The position numbers and the translations under genes are program-made. The notes under the pieces are model-generated. The model saw nothing but the letters and a program-made list of their open reading frames with translations. It had not been told where the DNA came from and made no database searches. From Treponemataceae bacterium (GTDB taxonomy: Bacteria > Spirochaetota > Spirochaetia > Treponematales > Rectinemataceae), in the NCBI GenBank assembly GCA_963678065.2, contig CAXXVZ010000005.1:1-64000 (forward strand): a stretch of DNA of 64,000 nt. The letters run 5' to 3'. Every line of letters begins with the position of its first letter. Positions within the stretch are counted from its first letter, which is position 1. Positions 28,143 through 36,902 of the stretch are shown in pieces.

Positions 28143-29741
28143 GACGCCGGTGACGACCATGGCGATTCCGGCCGCGTCGGCCGCAGCCACGGAGAGGGCG
28201 TCGCGGATGGAGCCGCCCGGGTGCGCGATCGCGGTTACGCCGGCCTTCGCCGCCTCCTCCACAGAGTCGGGGAAGGGGAAGTAGGCGTCCGAGGCGAGGA
28301 CGGAGCCAGGGGCTTTCTGCCCGGCGCGCGCGACCGCTATCCTGACCGAGTCGACGCGGTTGGGCTGGCCGGCCCCGATGCCCACGGTGGCGAAGGCCCC
28401 CTCCCCTCCCGCCGGGTCGACGGCGGCGAGGAGGATAGCGTTGGACTTCGCCGCGATGCTTGCCTTCCAGGCGAAGCGCAGGGCGGCCCATTCATCCGCG
28501 GTGGGAGCCCGCTTCGATACGACCTTCCACTCCGTCCCCGCAGGATCGCCGCTATCCACTGTCTGCCTGAGAAAGCCTCCCGTCACCGTGCGGATCTCGT
28601 ACTCGGCCTGTGCCGGGGATGCGCCCTCCGCGGGGGATGCGACGAAGGTTTCAGTCGACGGGGAGGATGAAACGCTGGCCGGTTTGTCTTTCTTGTCTCC
28701 GGCGGCCGTTCCGCCCATCTCGACGAGGCGGGCATTCTTCCGCGAGGCGAGGAGGGATCTCGCTTCCTCGTCGAAGCCGGGGGCGACGATGCACTCGACG
28801 AAGAGTTCGCCCAGGGCGCGCACGCTCTCGCCGTCGAATGTCCTGTTGGACGCGATGACGCCGCCGAAGGCAGAGACCGGATCGCAGGCGACCGCCGCCC
28901 TCAGGGCAGCGGCGAGCACAGGCGCCGTCGCGATGCCGCAGGGCGAGAGATGCTTGACGACGACGATGGCCGGGCCCTCAAAAAACTTCGCCGCGCGCCA
29001 GGCGGCGTCGAGATCGAGGATGTTGTTGTAGGAGAGTTCCTTGCCCTGAAGGACCTTTCCGCCGAGGGGACCTGCACCGGCTTCAGAGGTGTAAAGCCGC
29101 GCCTTCTGGTGGGGGTTTTCGCCGTAGCGGAGCGTCTGGCCGGCATATCCGTAGAGGAGGAAGCCGGAATCGGGGTCGAGCCAGGAAGCGATGGCCGCGT
29201 CGTATCGCGTGCACTGGGCGAAACCCTTCACCGCGAGGGACTTCCGCCTCGGGGCCGAGACGGAACCCGCGGTCTCGATTTCCGACGCGACCGGCCCGTA
29301 GTCGGCGGGATCGCAGACGAGGGTCACCCGCGCGAAATTTTTGGCCGCCGCGCGGATGAGGGCGACGCCGCCTATGTCGATGTTCTCGATGCCCTCTGCC
29401 TCGGCGACCCCCGGTTTCGCGATGGTGGCTTCGAAGGGATAGAGGTTGACGACTACCATATCGATGTATCCCCATCCGAGACTCGCGAGCTGGTCGCGGT
29501 CGGCCTCGGTCGCGCGGGCGAGGATGCCCCCGTGCACGGCGGGGTGGAGGGTCTTCACCCTGCCGTCGAGAATTTCGGGGGAGCCTGTGTAGTCGGAGAC
29601 TTCCCGCACAGGCAGACCGGCCTGGCTGAGGTGTCGGGCCGTCCCGCCCGACGCAAGGAAGGTCCAGCCTGCCGCCGCGAGGCGGGATGCGAAGGGGATG
29701 AGTCCGGTCTTGTCGGAGACCGAGATGAGAGCCTGGGGCAT
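28125..29741 (-). CDS. purH: Bifunctional AICAR transformylase/IMP cyclohydrolase
   Basis: [41 protein letters not shown]. Confidence 0.97.
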   Translation of the reverse strand: MPQALISVSDKTGLIPFASRLAAAGWTFLASGGTARHLSQAGLPVREVSDYTGSPEILDGRVKTLHPAVHGGILARATEADRDQLASLGWGYIDMVVVNLYPFEATIAKPGVAEAEGIENIDIGGVALIRAAAKNFARVTLVCDPADYGPVASEIETAGSVSAPRRKSLAVKGFAQCTRYDAAIASWLDPDSGFLLYGYAGQTLRYGENPHQKARLYTSEAGAGPLGGKVLQGKELSYNNILDLDAAWRAAKFFEGPAIVVVKHLSPCGIATAPVLAAALRAAVACDPVSAFGGVIASNRTFDGESVRALGELFVECIVAPGFDEEARSLLASRKNARLVEMGGTAAGDKKDKPASVSSSPSTETFVASPAEGASPAQAEYEIRTVTGGFLRQTVDSGDPAGTEWKVVSKRAPTADEWAALRFAWKASIAAKSNAILLAAVDPAGGEGAFATVGIGAGQPNRVDSVRIAVARAGQKAPGSVLASDAYFPFPDSVEEAAKAGVTAIAHPGGSIRDALSVAAADAAGIAMVVTGVRHFRH

Positions 29742-29744
29742 GTC

Positions 29745-30389
29745 TTACTCCTCGTTGTGCGCGGCTGCGATCCGCGCCAGGGTTTCCGTGAGCAGTCTGT
29801 GTTCGGTCCGGTGGACCTTGCGTTCGAGCGCGTCGAGGCCGCCCTCCGCGTCGATGGGTACTTCCGCCGCCGCGATGACAGGTCCGTCGTCGACCCCTTC
29901 ATCGGGGACGAAGTGGACCATGACGCCCGTGCGGTCGATCCGGTCGGCCTTCCAGGCTTCGAAGGCGCGCTCTATGGCGTGGGTGCCGGGGAAAGTTCCC
30001 GGGAGGGCCGGATGGATGTTGACAACCCTCATGGGAAAGCGGGAGAGGAAGGCCTCCGAGAGGAGCCGCATCCATCCGAGGAGGAGGACATAGTCAGGAT
30101 CGAAAGCCGACACGGTTTCTGCGAGCAGGGCGTCGTAGTCGCGGCGGGGGATGCCCTTGAAGGGCGGAAGGACGAGACCGGGGATGCCGGCGTGGGCCGC
30201 ACGCTCGAGGGCGTAGGCGTCGCGCCGGTCCGACACGAGAGCCGCGACCCGGCCGCGTATCTTCCCCGAGGCGCAGGCTTCGGCGACGGCCTGAAAATTG
30301 CTTCCGTTGCCGGAGGCGAGGACGACGAAGCGTAGGGGTGGCTTCGCGTCCGCGGAAAAACTGTTTTCAGGGACAGAGCTCATGGTCAT
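29745..30389 (-). CDS. purN: Phosphoribosylglycinamide formyltransferase
   Basis: LASGNGSNFQA, NIHPALP, VHFV..GVDDGP. Confidence 0.95.
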   Translation of the reverse strand: MTMSSVPENSFSADAKPPLRFVVLASGNGSNFQAVAEACASGKIRGRVAALVSDRRDAYALERAAHAGIPGLVLPPFKGIPRRDYDALLAETVSAFDPDYVLLLGWMRLLSEAFLSRFPMRVVNIHPALPGTFPGTHAIERAFEAWKADRIDRTGVMVHFVPDEGVDDGPVIAAAEVPIDAEGGLDALERKVHRTEHRLLTETLARIAAAHNEE

Positions 30390-32896
30390 TCGAGCCTCGT
30401 GATGCCGGCCGCCATTTCTCCGCCGGCGGAGCGCTCGAGCTTTCCGATGACCCAGAAGGTCTCGGAGATGGATGCTCGGAGCTCGTCGAGCTGTTCCGGG
30501 GCGACGATGGCCACCATGCCGATACCCATGTTGAAGACGCGGTACATCTCTTCCTCGGCGACCGAACCGAGGCGGCGGATGAGCTCATAGAGCGGCGGCA
30601 CGGGCCAGCTGCCCCTGCGCACGACGGCGTCGAGGCCGGAGGGCAGGACGCGCGGGATGTTCTCGATGAAGCCGCCGCCCGTGATGTGGGCGAGGGCCTT
30701 GATGATCCGGGGTTTGCGCGCGAGGACCTCGCCGATGAGGGGCAGGTAGGAACGGTGGGGGGTGAGAAGAACCTCGCCGAGGCTGCGACCCCGCGTCATG
30801 CCGATTTCGGAACCGAGCTCGGGATAGACAGTGTCGAGGCTCACACCCTCGAAAATCTTTCTGATGAGGGAGTAGCCGTTCGTGTGGGGGCTGTTCGAGC
30901 GGAATCCGACGAGAAGGTCCTCCGGATCGAGGTCCTTTCTGGGCAGGATAGCCGAGCGCTCCACGACGCCGACGATGGTGCCCGCGACATCGAACTCCCC
31001 CTTCACGTAGACGCCGGGCATCTCGGCGGTCTCGCCGCCTATGAGGACGCAGCCGGAGAGCCGGCAGGCGTCGGCCATGCCCGTGACGGCTTGGGCGACC
31101 TGGGCGGGATCGAGCTTCGAACTCGCGAAATAATCGAGGAAAAACAGCGGGCGGGCGCCCTGGACGAGGATGTCGTCGATGCAGTGGTTGACGATGTCGG
31201 CCCCTATCGTCGCGTAGCTTCCCGCCTCGGCCGCGAGCTTGACCTTGGTGCCGACTCCATCCGTGGAGGCGACGAGGACGGGCGCGTCCATCGCCTTCAG
31301 GGCGCCGGCGTCGAAGAGCCCGCCGAAGGAGCCGATGCCGGCGAGGACCGCAGGGGTGTAGGTGGCTTTCACGGCGCCTGCCATGAGTTCGACGGCCTTA
31401 TTGCCTGAGTCGATGTCGACGCCGGCCGACGCGTACGCGGAGACTGGCGAGCCGGCAAAGGCGCGAGTCGGAGTGCGCGCGGCGACGCGCTCGGGGAACC
31501 TGGTGATCCTGACCGGGCGCCCGGGTTCGACCCGGACACCCTCCCCCGTCGGAGAAAATGGCGGAAGGGTGGAAGCGGCTGTTCCCGCGCCGCCCGCGGA
31601 GACCGCTCCGTCTGCGGCGCGCAGTCCTTTCTTGCCGATGTCGCGGCGGAAACGCGCGCCCGGCAAAGTTATGCGATCGAGTCGCGCGTAGGCGGAGTCT
31701 AGGGCGGCCTGGAGACTCTCCCCGCGGCTCGCCACGCCGAGGACGCGGCCGGGTCGCGCCAGGATGCGGTCTCCATCCTGCACGGTCCCGGCGTGGAAGA
31801 TGAAGGTTCTGTGGAGCACCTCATCGAGTCCGCGGATTTCCTGGCCCCCGACGGGCGCCTCCGGATAGCCTTCGGAGGCCATCACGACGCAGACCGCCGA
31901 TCCGGTCTTCCACTCGATCGCTGTCTGGGCGAGCCGTCCCTGAGCGCAGGCCATGAGAACGGGGGCGAGGTCGCCGTCGAACAGAGGCATGACAGCCTGA
32001 GTCTCCGGATCGCCGAATCGACAGTTGAACTCAAGGACCTTGGGACCCTCCGCCGTGATCATGAGGCCCGCGTAGAGGACTCCGATGAAGGGAGAGCCCT
32101 CGGCGGCGAGCCCGTCCACGACTGGCTGCACGGTCAGCCGCGCATACTCGGCCGCGAGGGCCGAAGGACAGAGAGGGGCCGGAGCGTAGGCGCCCATGCC
32201 GCCCGTGTTGGGCCCGAGATCCCCATCGAAGAGGCGCTTGTGGTCCTGCGCGCTCGGCATCGGGGAGATGCTCTTGCCGTCGCAGAAGACCATGAGAGAG
32301 ACTTCCTCTCCCTCGAGCCTCTCCTCGACGACGACTTCCTTCCCCGCATCCTTGAGCGAAAGATCGAGCATGAGGGAGCGCAGGATGCCGGAAGCCTCTT
32401 CCACAGTGTCGGGCAGGAAGACCCCCTTCCCCGACGCGAGTCCCGAGGCCTTGATGACGAAGGGTTTGCCATAGCCCTCGATGTAGGCGAGGGCTTTGCC
32501 GTATTCCGTGAAGGTCGCGTATCCGGCGGTCGGTATCCCGTGCCTCGCCATGAAATCCTTGGAGAAGGACTTCGAGGTCTCGATGCGGGCCGCGGCCTGG
32601 CCCGGCCCGAAGCAGAGTATCTTCCTGCCTGTGCTCACAGAGCGTTCGGCGAGGGCGTCGGCCAGTCCGAGACTCAAGGGGAGCTCCGGTCCGACAACGA
32701 CGAGGTCGATGAGCATGTCGTCGGCAAAATCGACGAGGCCGTAGATGTCGTCGATCTGCACCGGAACATTGCGCCCGTAGGCCGCCGTGCCGGCATTGCC
32801 CGGGGCGATGAAAAGCCCATTGATGAGGGGGGAATCCGCGAGTTTCCAGGCGAGGGCGTGTTCCCTTCCGCCCGACCCTACTATCAGTACTTTCAT
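30386..32896 (-). CDS. purD: Fused GAR synthetase / AIR synthetase (PurD-PurM)
   Basis: PurD motifs (GSGGREHAL, QDHKR, NTGGMG, RFGDPE) are in frame with PurM motifs (YASAGVDI, STDGVGTK, GGETAEMP, HITGGG, FNMGIGM). Confidence 0.95.
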   Translation of the reverse strand: MKVLIVGSGGREHALAWKLADSPLINGLFIAPGNAGTAAYGRNVPVQIDDIYGLVDFADDMLIDLVVVGPELPLSLGLADALAERSVSTGRKILCFGPGQAAARIETSKSFSKDFMARHGIPTAGYATFTEYGKALAYIEGYGKPFVIKASGLASGKGVFLPDTVEEASGILRSLMLDLSLKDAGKEVVVEERLEGEEVSLMVFCDGKSISPMPSAQDHKRLFDGDLGPNTGGMGAYAPAPLCPSALAAEYARLTVQPVVDGLAAEGSPFIGVLYAGLMITAEGPKVLEFNCRFGDPETQAVMPLFDGDLAPVLMACAQGRLAQTAIEWKTGSAVCVVMASEGYPEAPVGGQEIRGLDEVLHRTFIFHAGTVQDGDRILARPGRVLGVASRGESLQAALDSAYARLDRITLPGARFRRDIGKKGLRAADGAVSAGGAGTAASTLPPFSPTGEGVRVEPGRPVRITRFPERVAARTPTRAFAGSPVSAYASAGVDIDSGNKAVELMAGAVKATYTPAVLAGIGSFGGLFDAGALKAMDAPVLVASTDGVGTKVKLAAEAGSYATIGADIVNHCIDDILVQGARPLFFLDYFASSKLDPAQVAQAVTGMADACRLSGCVLIGGETAEMPGVYVKGEFDVAGTIVGVVERSAILPRKDLDPEDLLVGFRSNSPHTNGYSLIRKIFEGVSLDTVYPELGSEIGMTRGRSLGEVLLTPHRSYLPLIGEVLARKPRIIKALAHITGGGFIENIPRVLPSGLDAVVRRGSWPVPPLYELIRRLGSVAEEEMYRVFNMGIGMVAIVAPEQLDELRASISETFWVIGKLERSAGGEMAAGITRLE

Positions 32897-32941
32897 GGTT
32901 TCATCCTCGATTGTGGTTCCACGTCAAAGCGTCCCTTGCTG

Positions 32942-34477
32942 TCAGCATGGTTCGAATCCGTCTTTGCAGGCGGCCTCGCCTGTGTCGAAAGGATATACTC
33001 CCGAGAAACAGGCAGTACAGAAGCCCTCTGTCCTGCCGAGCGCTTTCATCATGCCACCCATGGAGAGGTACTCGAGCGAATCCGCCCCGACGGCTTCCCG
33101 TATCTGCTGCACGGACAGACGGTGCGCGATGAGCTGATCCCGCGTCCCCATGTCGACGCCCATGTGACAGGGATGGCGGATTGGCGGGCTCGTCAGCCGC
33201 ACATGCACTTCCCGGGCACCGGCCTCGCGGAGGAGTCTGATGATGGGGCCGGTCGTGTTGCCCCGGACGATGGAGTCGTCGACGACGACGAGTCTCTTGC
33301 CCCGGACGGCTTCCGGCATGACCATGAACTTGAGCGCGACGCCCTGCTTGCGCAGCGATTCCGTGGGCTGGATGAAGGTTCTCCCGATGTAGCGGTTCTT
33401 GACGAAGCCCTCGTCGTAGGGGATGCCCGAGGCCTGCGAATAGCCGATCGCGGCCGATATCGACGAATCGGGAACCGGGATCACAAGGTCGGCCGCGACG
33501 GGTGCCTCCCGCGCGATTTCCGCTCCGAATTTGCGCCTCACCTCGTGGACGGCGAGACCGTTCCAGACTGAGTCGGGGCGGGCAAAATAGATGTACTCGA
33601 ACACGCAGGAGGCCTGGACCGCGGCAGGCTCGATGCCGCCGCGCGAGACGGGGCCTTCGGCGGTCAGTTCGACGATTTCGCCCGAGCCGATATCGCGGAT
33701 ACCCGTGCAGCCGATGGTGCGAAGGGCGCAGGATTCAGAGGCCGCGGCAGATCCGGCCCTCGACGAATCTGCCGGCGCAGATCCGGCTGCTCGATCTGTC
33801 GGCGCAGATCCGGCCGTCGACGAATCTGCCGGCGACGATCCGCATTCCGGAAGGAGGCCGCAGGAGAGAGGGCGCAGGCCCCAGGGGTCGCGCGCCGCGT
33901 AGACGGCGTCCTGCGTGAGGACCACGAAGGAAAAGGCTCCGACCCACTCCCGCATGGAGGCAGCGATCCGCTCGGGCCAGGTCGCCCCCTCGGCCGCGGC
34001 GAGCATCATGACCATGACTTCGGTGTCGGAGGCCGAGGTCAGTCCGACTCCGCGCTCGAGAAGCTTGCGGCGCAGCGAGGCCGCGTTCACGAGGTTGCCG
34101 TTGTGCGCGAGCGCGAGGGGCCCGTACATCGTTTCGATCTGAAAAGGCTGGGCGTTGCGCGCCGTGCTCGATCCGGTCGTGGAATAGCGCGTGTGCCCGA
34201 TCGCGAGCGGGCCGGTGAGACTTGCCATGTCCCTCTCGGTGAAGACATGGGCCACGAGCCCGAGGTCCTTGTGGATCGCCATTCTCCTTGCATCGGAGCT
34301 CGCTATTCCCGCCGACTCCTGGCCGCGGTGCTGCAGCGCGAAAAGTCCGTAGAAAGCTGCCCTGGACGCGTCCTCGCGCGCGTTGGACACAGCGATGACG
34401 CCGCATTCCTCGTGAACCGCGTCGCTCTCCTTTGCGAATGCATCACAGAGACCCGGGTCGGAGCTCGCGTCTTTCAT
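32942..34477 (-). CDS. purF: Amidophosphoribosyltransferase
   Basis: Propeptide ending HEE then CGV, LQHRGQE, HTRYST, VDDSIVRG. Start MKDASS at 34477. Confidence 0.95.
   Translation of the reverse strand: MKDASSDPGLCDAFAKESDAVHEECGVIAVSNAREDASRAAFYGLFALQHRGQESAGIASSDARRMAIHKDLGLVAHVFTERDMASLTGPLAIGHTRYSTTGSSTARNAQPFQIETMYGPLALAHNGNLVNAASLRRKLLERGVGLTSASDTEVMVMMLAAAEGATWPERIAASMREWVGAFSFVVLTQDAVYAARDPWGLRPLSCGLLPECGSSPADSSTAGSAPTDRAAGSAPADSSRAGSAAASESCALRTIGCTGIRDIGSGEIVELTAEGPVSRGGIEPAAVQASCVFEYIYFARPDSVWNGLAVHEVRRKFGAEIAREAPVAADLVIPVPDSSISAAIGYSQASGIPYDEGFVKNRYIGRTFIQPTESLRKQGVALKFMVMPEAVRGKRLVVVDDSIVRGNTTGPIIRLLREAGAREVHVRLTSPPIRHPCHMGVDMGTRDQLIAHRLSVQQIREAVGADSLEYLSMGGMMKALGRTEGFCTACFSGVYPFDTGEAACKDGFEPC
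33747..33833. repeat. Three tandem 27-30-bp self-complementary units inside purF
   Basis: Units GCAGATCCGG...ATCTG(C/T)CGGC of 30, 27 and 30 bp. They encode an in-frame Ser/Ala/Pro-rich insert. Confidence 0.8.
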
Positions 34478-34482
34478 GGCGG

Positions 34483-34998
34483 TCACGCCCTCACGCTCGC
34501 AGGGATACCGGGAGTCCCTGCCACCATGGCCTCGTCGTCCTCGACGATTTTCCTGGCGTTGGCTTCCATATATGAGGAAACCGCGCGCGCGACGGCGGGA
34601 TCGCAGAGGCCCAGAATCTTGGCCGCGAGGAGGGCCGCGTTGGCCGGTTCCATGACGAGGGCCGGAGCTATTCCGGAAGGCATGCGCAGGGAGGAGTAGA
34701 TGTCGGCCCCGCCGAAGGCCTGCGATTCCGGCGGACAGGCTATGACGGGCGCGCGCACGGAGCCGTCGGTGAATCCGGAGAGCGCGTTCGATCTCCCGGC
34801 GACCGTGATGTAGACTTTGGGCCGCCCGTCCGCCTCGTAGTCCGCGAGCATGGAAGAAACGTGGGCGGGCGTCTTGTGCGCGGAGCCGATCCGCGTCGCC
34901 GTCTCGATGCCGAATAACGTGAGGGCCGCGGCGATTTTCGCGCAATGCGCTTCGTCGGCCCTCGAGCCCATGAGAATGACGACGAGAGGAGCGCTCAT
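34483..34998 (-). CDS. purE: AIR carboxylase (class II-like PurE)
   Basis: ILMGS.AD, SAHKTP, VAGRSNALSG, SSLRMPSG. Start MSAPL at 34998. Confidence 0.92.
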   Translation of the reverse strand: MSAPLVVILMGSRADEAHCAKIAAALTLFGIETATRIGSAHKTPAHVSSMLADYEADGRPKVYITVAGRSNALSGFTDGSVRAPVIACPPESQAFGGADIYSSLRMPSGIAPALVMEPANAALLAAKILGLCDPAVARAVSSYMEANARKIVEDDEAMVAGTPGIPASVRA

Positions 34999-35990
34999 GA
35001 GAGTATCCCCCGTGCCCTGAGGTTGTTCTCGAGCCTCGGTCCGACGGGGTAGTCGCCGGGGACGAAGGCGAGGCCGGTGAGCTTCTCGTAGATCGTCCGG
35101 TAGAGGGAACTCGTCGTCTCCCACACCGATTCAGGCACTTCGGGAACATCGCCCTCCCCCCGGTAGCCGAGCTCCGCGTAGACCATGCGGACATACTCTT
35201 TGTCGAAGAGTTCCGGCTCGAGTCCCGCCGCGAGCCGTGTCGCATAACTTTCAAGTTTCCAGAACCGGGAAGAGTCGGGGGTGTGGACTTCGTCGATGAG
35301 GACGATTTTTCCGTCGCGATCGCGGCCGAACTCGTATTTCGTATCGACGAGGATGAGGCCCGACGCAGCGGCCTTTTCCTGGCCGCGCGCAAAGAGCGCG
35401 AGGGCTGCGCGACGCACTGTTTCCCAGGTTCCCGGATCGAGGTAACCCTTCCCGGTCACTTCGGCGCAGGTGAGACGCTCATCGTGTCCGGTGACCCCGC
35501 CCTTTGTCGTCGGCGTGATGATGGGCTCGGGCAGTTTCTGGTTTTTTGTCAGTCCATCGGGAAAATCGTAGCCGTAGATGTTCCGCTCGCCGAGGGAATA
35601 GCGGTACCAGAGCGCTGTCGTCGTGACGCCGGTGATGTAGCCGCGCACGATCACCTCGACGGGAAGCGGCTCGACTTCGCGGGCGATAAGGGCGTTCGGG
35701 TCGGGAACGGAAATCAGGTGATTGTCGATGATGTCGCGCGTGGCATCGAACCACCAGGCGGATAGCTGGTTCAGGACCTGTCCCTTGTAGGGGACGGCGG
35801 CGAGGACGCGGTCGAACGCGGACAGCCTGTCGGTCGTCACCATGAGACGCGTTCCATCCGCGAGAAGGTACCAGTCGCGCACCTTCCCGGATTCTTTGCC
35901 GGGAAGGCGCAGTTCACAGTCGCAAAACGCGTCGCGCGCGGTCACTGTCGCCGGCCGCGATTCGCTTCCCTGGGCGGGATTATTCGGCAT
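34995..35990 (-). CDS. purC: SAICAR synthase
   Basis: GKVRD, TDRLSAFD, TPTTK, DTKYEFG, DEVHTPDSSRFW, DKE. Start MPNNP at 35990. Confidence 0.95.
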   Translation of the reverse strand: MPNNPAQGSESRPATVTARDAFCDCELRLPGKESGKVRDWYLLADGTRLMVTTDRLSAFDRVLAAVPYKGQVLNQLSAWWFDATRDIIDNHLISVPDPNALIAREVEPLPVEVIVRGYITGVTTTALWYRYSLGERNIYGYDFPDGLTKNQKLPEPIITPTTKGGVTGHDERLTCAEVTGKGYLDPGTWETVRRAALALFARGQEKAAASGLILVDTKYEFGRDRDGKIVLIDEVHTPDSSRFWKLESYATRLAAGLEPELFDKEYVRMVYAELGYRGEGDVPEVPESVWETTSSLYRTIYEKLTGLAFVPGDYPVGPRLENNLRARGILS

Positions 35991-36010
35991 TGTCGTCTCC
36001 TTGTCTCCGC

Positions 36011-36892
36011 TCACATTCCGGCGGCGTACACGACGCCTCCGCGGAACAGTTCGAGGCCGCCCGAAACGGAGATACCGGGGAAGGTCCGCGCCTGCCTGCG
36101 AGCGATAACGTTGTTTTCGGGATGGGGCATGAGTCCGAGGACATTGCCCGCAACATTGCAGATGCCGGCGATGTCCCCGACGGAGCCGTTCGGGTTGTCG
36201 GGATAGCCCCCCTCCGCGGGGCTGCCGTCGGCGTGGGTGTAAATGAAGGCTATCTGGTCCTTGTCGCGCAGTTCGGCGAGAGTCTCGTCCGAATCGACGA
36301 AAAAGCGTCCTTCGCCGTGTGCGACGGGACAGAACACCCTGTTGACGAGCATCTTCGTCCACACGCAGCTCTTCGATACCGGCGCGAGATATACCCAGCG
36401 GCATTCGAAGCGGCCTTTCTCGTTGTGCGTGAGAGTCACCCGGTGCGCGATCTTTCGCGCCTCGCCGTATCCCGGCGCGCCGGATTCCCGCACAACCGAC
36501 TCAGAAAGGCCAAGGTCCTCGCCGGGGTCTTCGGCCCGGTACCGGGGGCCCGCGGGCCGCCCATCCGGCAGGATGCCCGACTTCACGAGGGCCTGGAATC
36601 CGTTGCAGATGCCGATGACAGGCTTGCCCGCTCCGACGAAACTGCCCACCTCGTCCGCGAAATAAGAAGTGAGATCCAGCGCCATGAGTTTGCCCGCCCC
36701 GAGAGCGTCCGCATACGAAAAGCCTCCGGGAAGAACGAGCATGGAGTAGTCCTCCCAGCGTCGATCTCCCGCCCGGAGCAGGTTGAGGTGGACGATTTCC
36801 GGTTCGGCTCCGGCGAGAGAGAGAGCCGTGCAGACATCGGGATCGCGGTTGGTGCCTGCGGCATGGAGAACGAGAGCCTTTGGTCTCTTCAC
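36011..36892 (-). CDS. purQ: FGAM synthase glutaminase subunit
   Basis: GTNRD, PGGFSYAD, GICNGFQ, AHGEG, MPHPE. Confidence 0.95.
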   Translation of the reverse strand: MKRPKALVLHAAGTNRDPDVCTALSLAGAEPEIVHLNLLRAGDRRWEDYSMLVLPGGFSYADALGAGKLMALDLTSYFADEVGSFVGAGKPVIGICNGFQALVKSGILPDGRPAGPRYRAEDPGEDLGLSESVVRESGAPGYGEARKIAHRVTLTHNEKGRFECRWVYLAPVSKSCVWTKMLVNRVFCPVAHGEGRFFVDSDETLAELRDKDQIAFIYTHADGSPAEGGYPDNPNGSVGDIAGICNVAGNVLGLMPHPENNVIARRQARTFPGISVSGGLELFRGGVVYAAGM

Positions 36893-36902
36893 TGGATACT
36901 CC

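Noticed and set aside
33747..33833. purF repeats as a CRISPR array
   Set aside because: The units abut without unique spacers, lie in frame in a core gene, and no cas genes are present.
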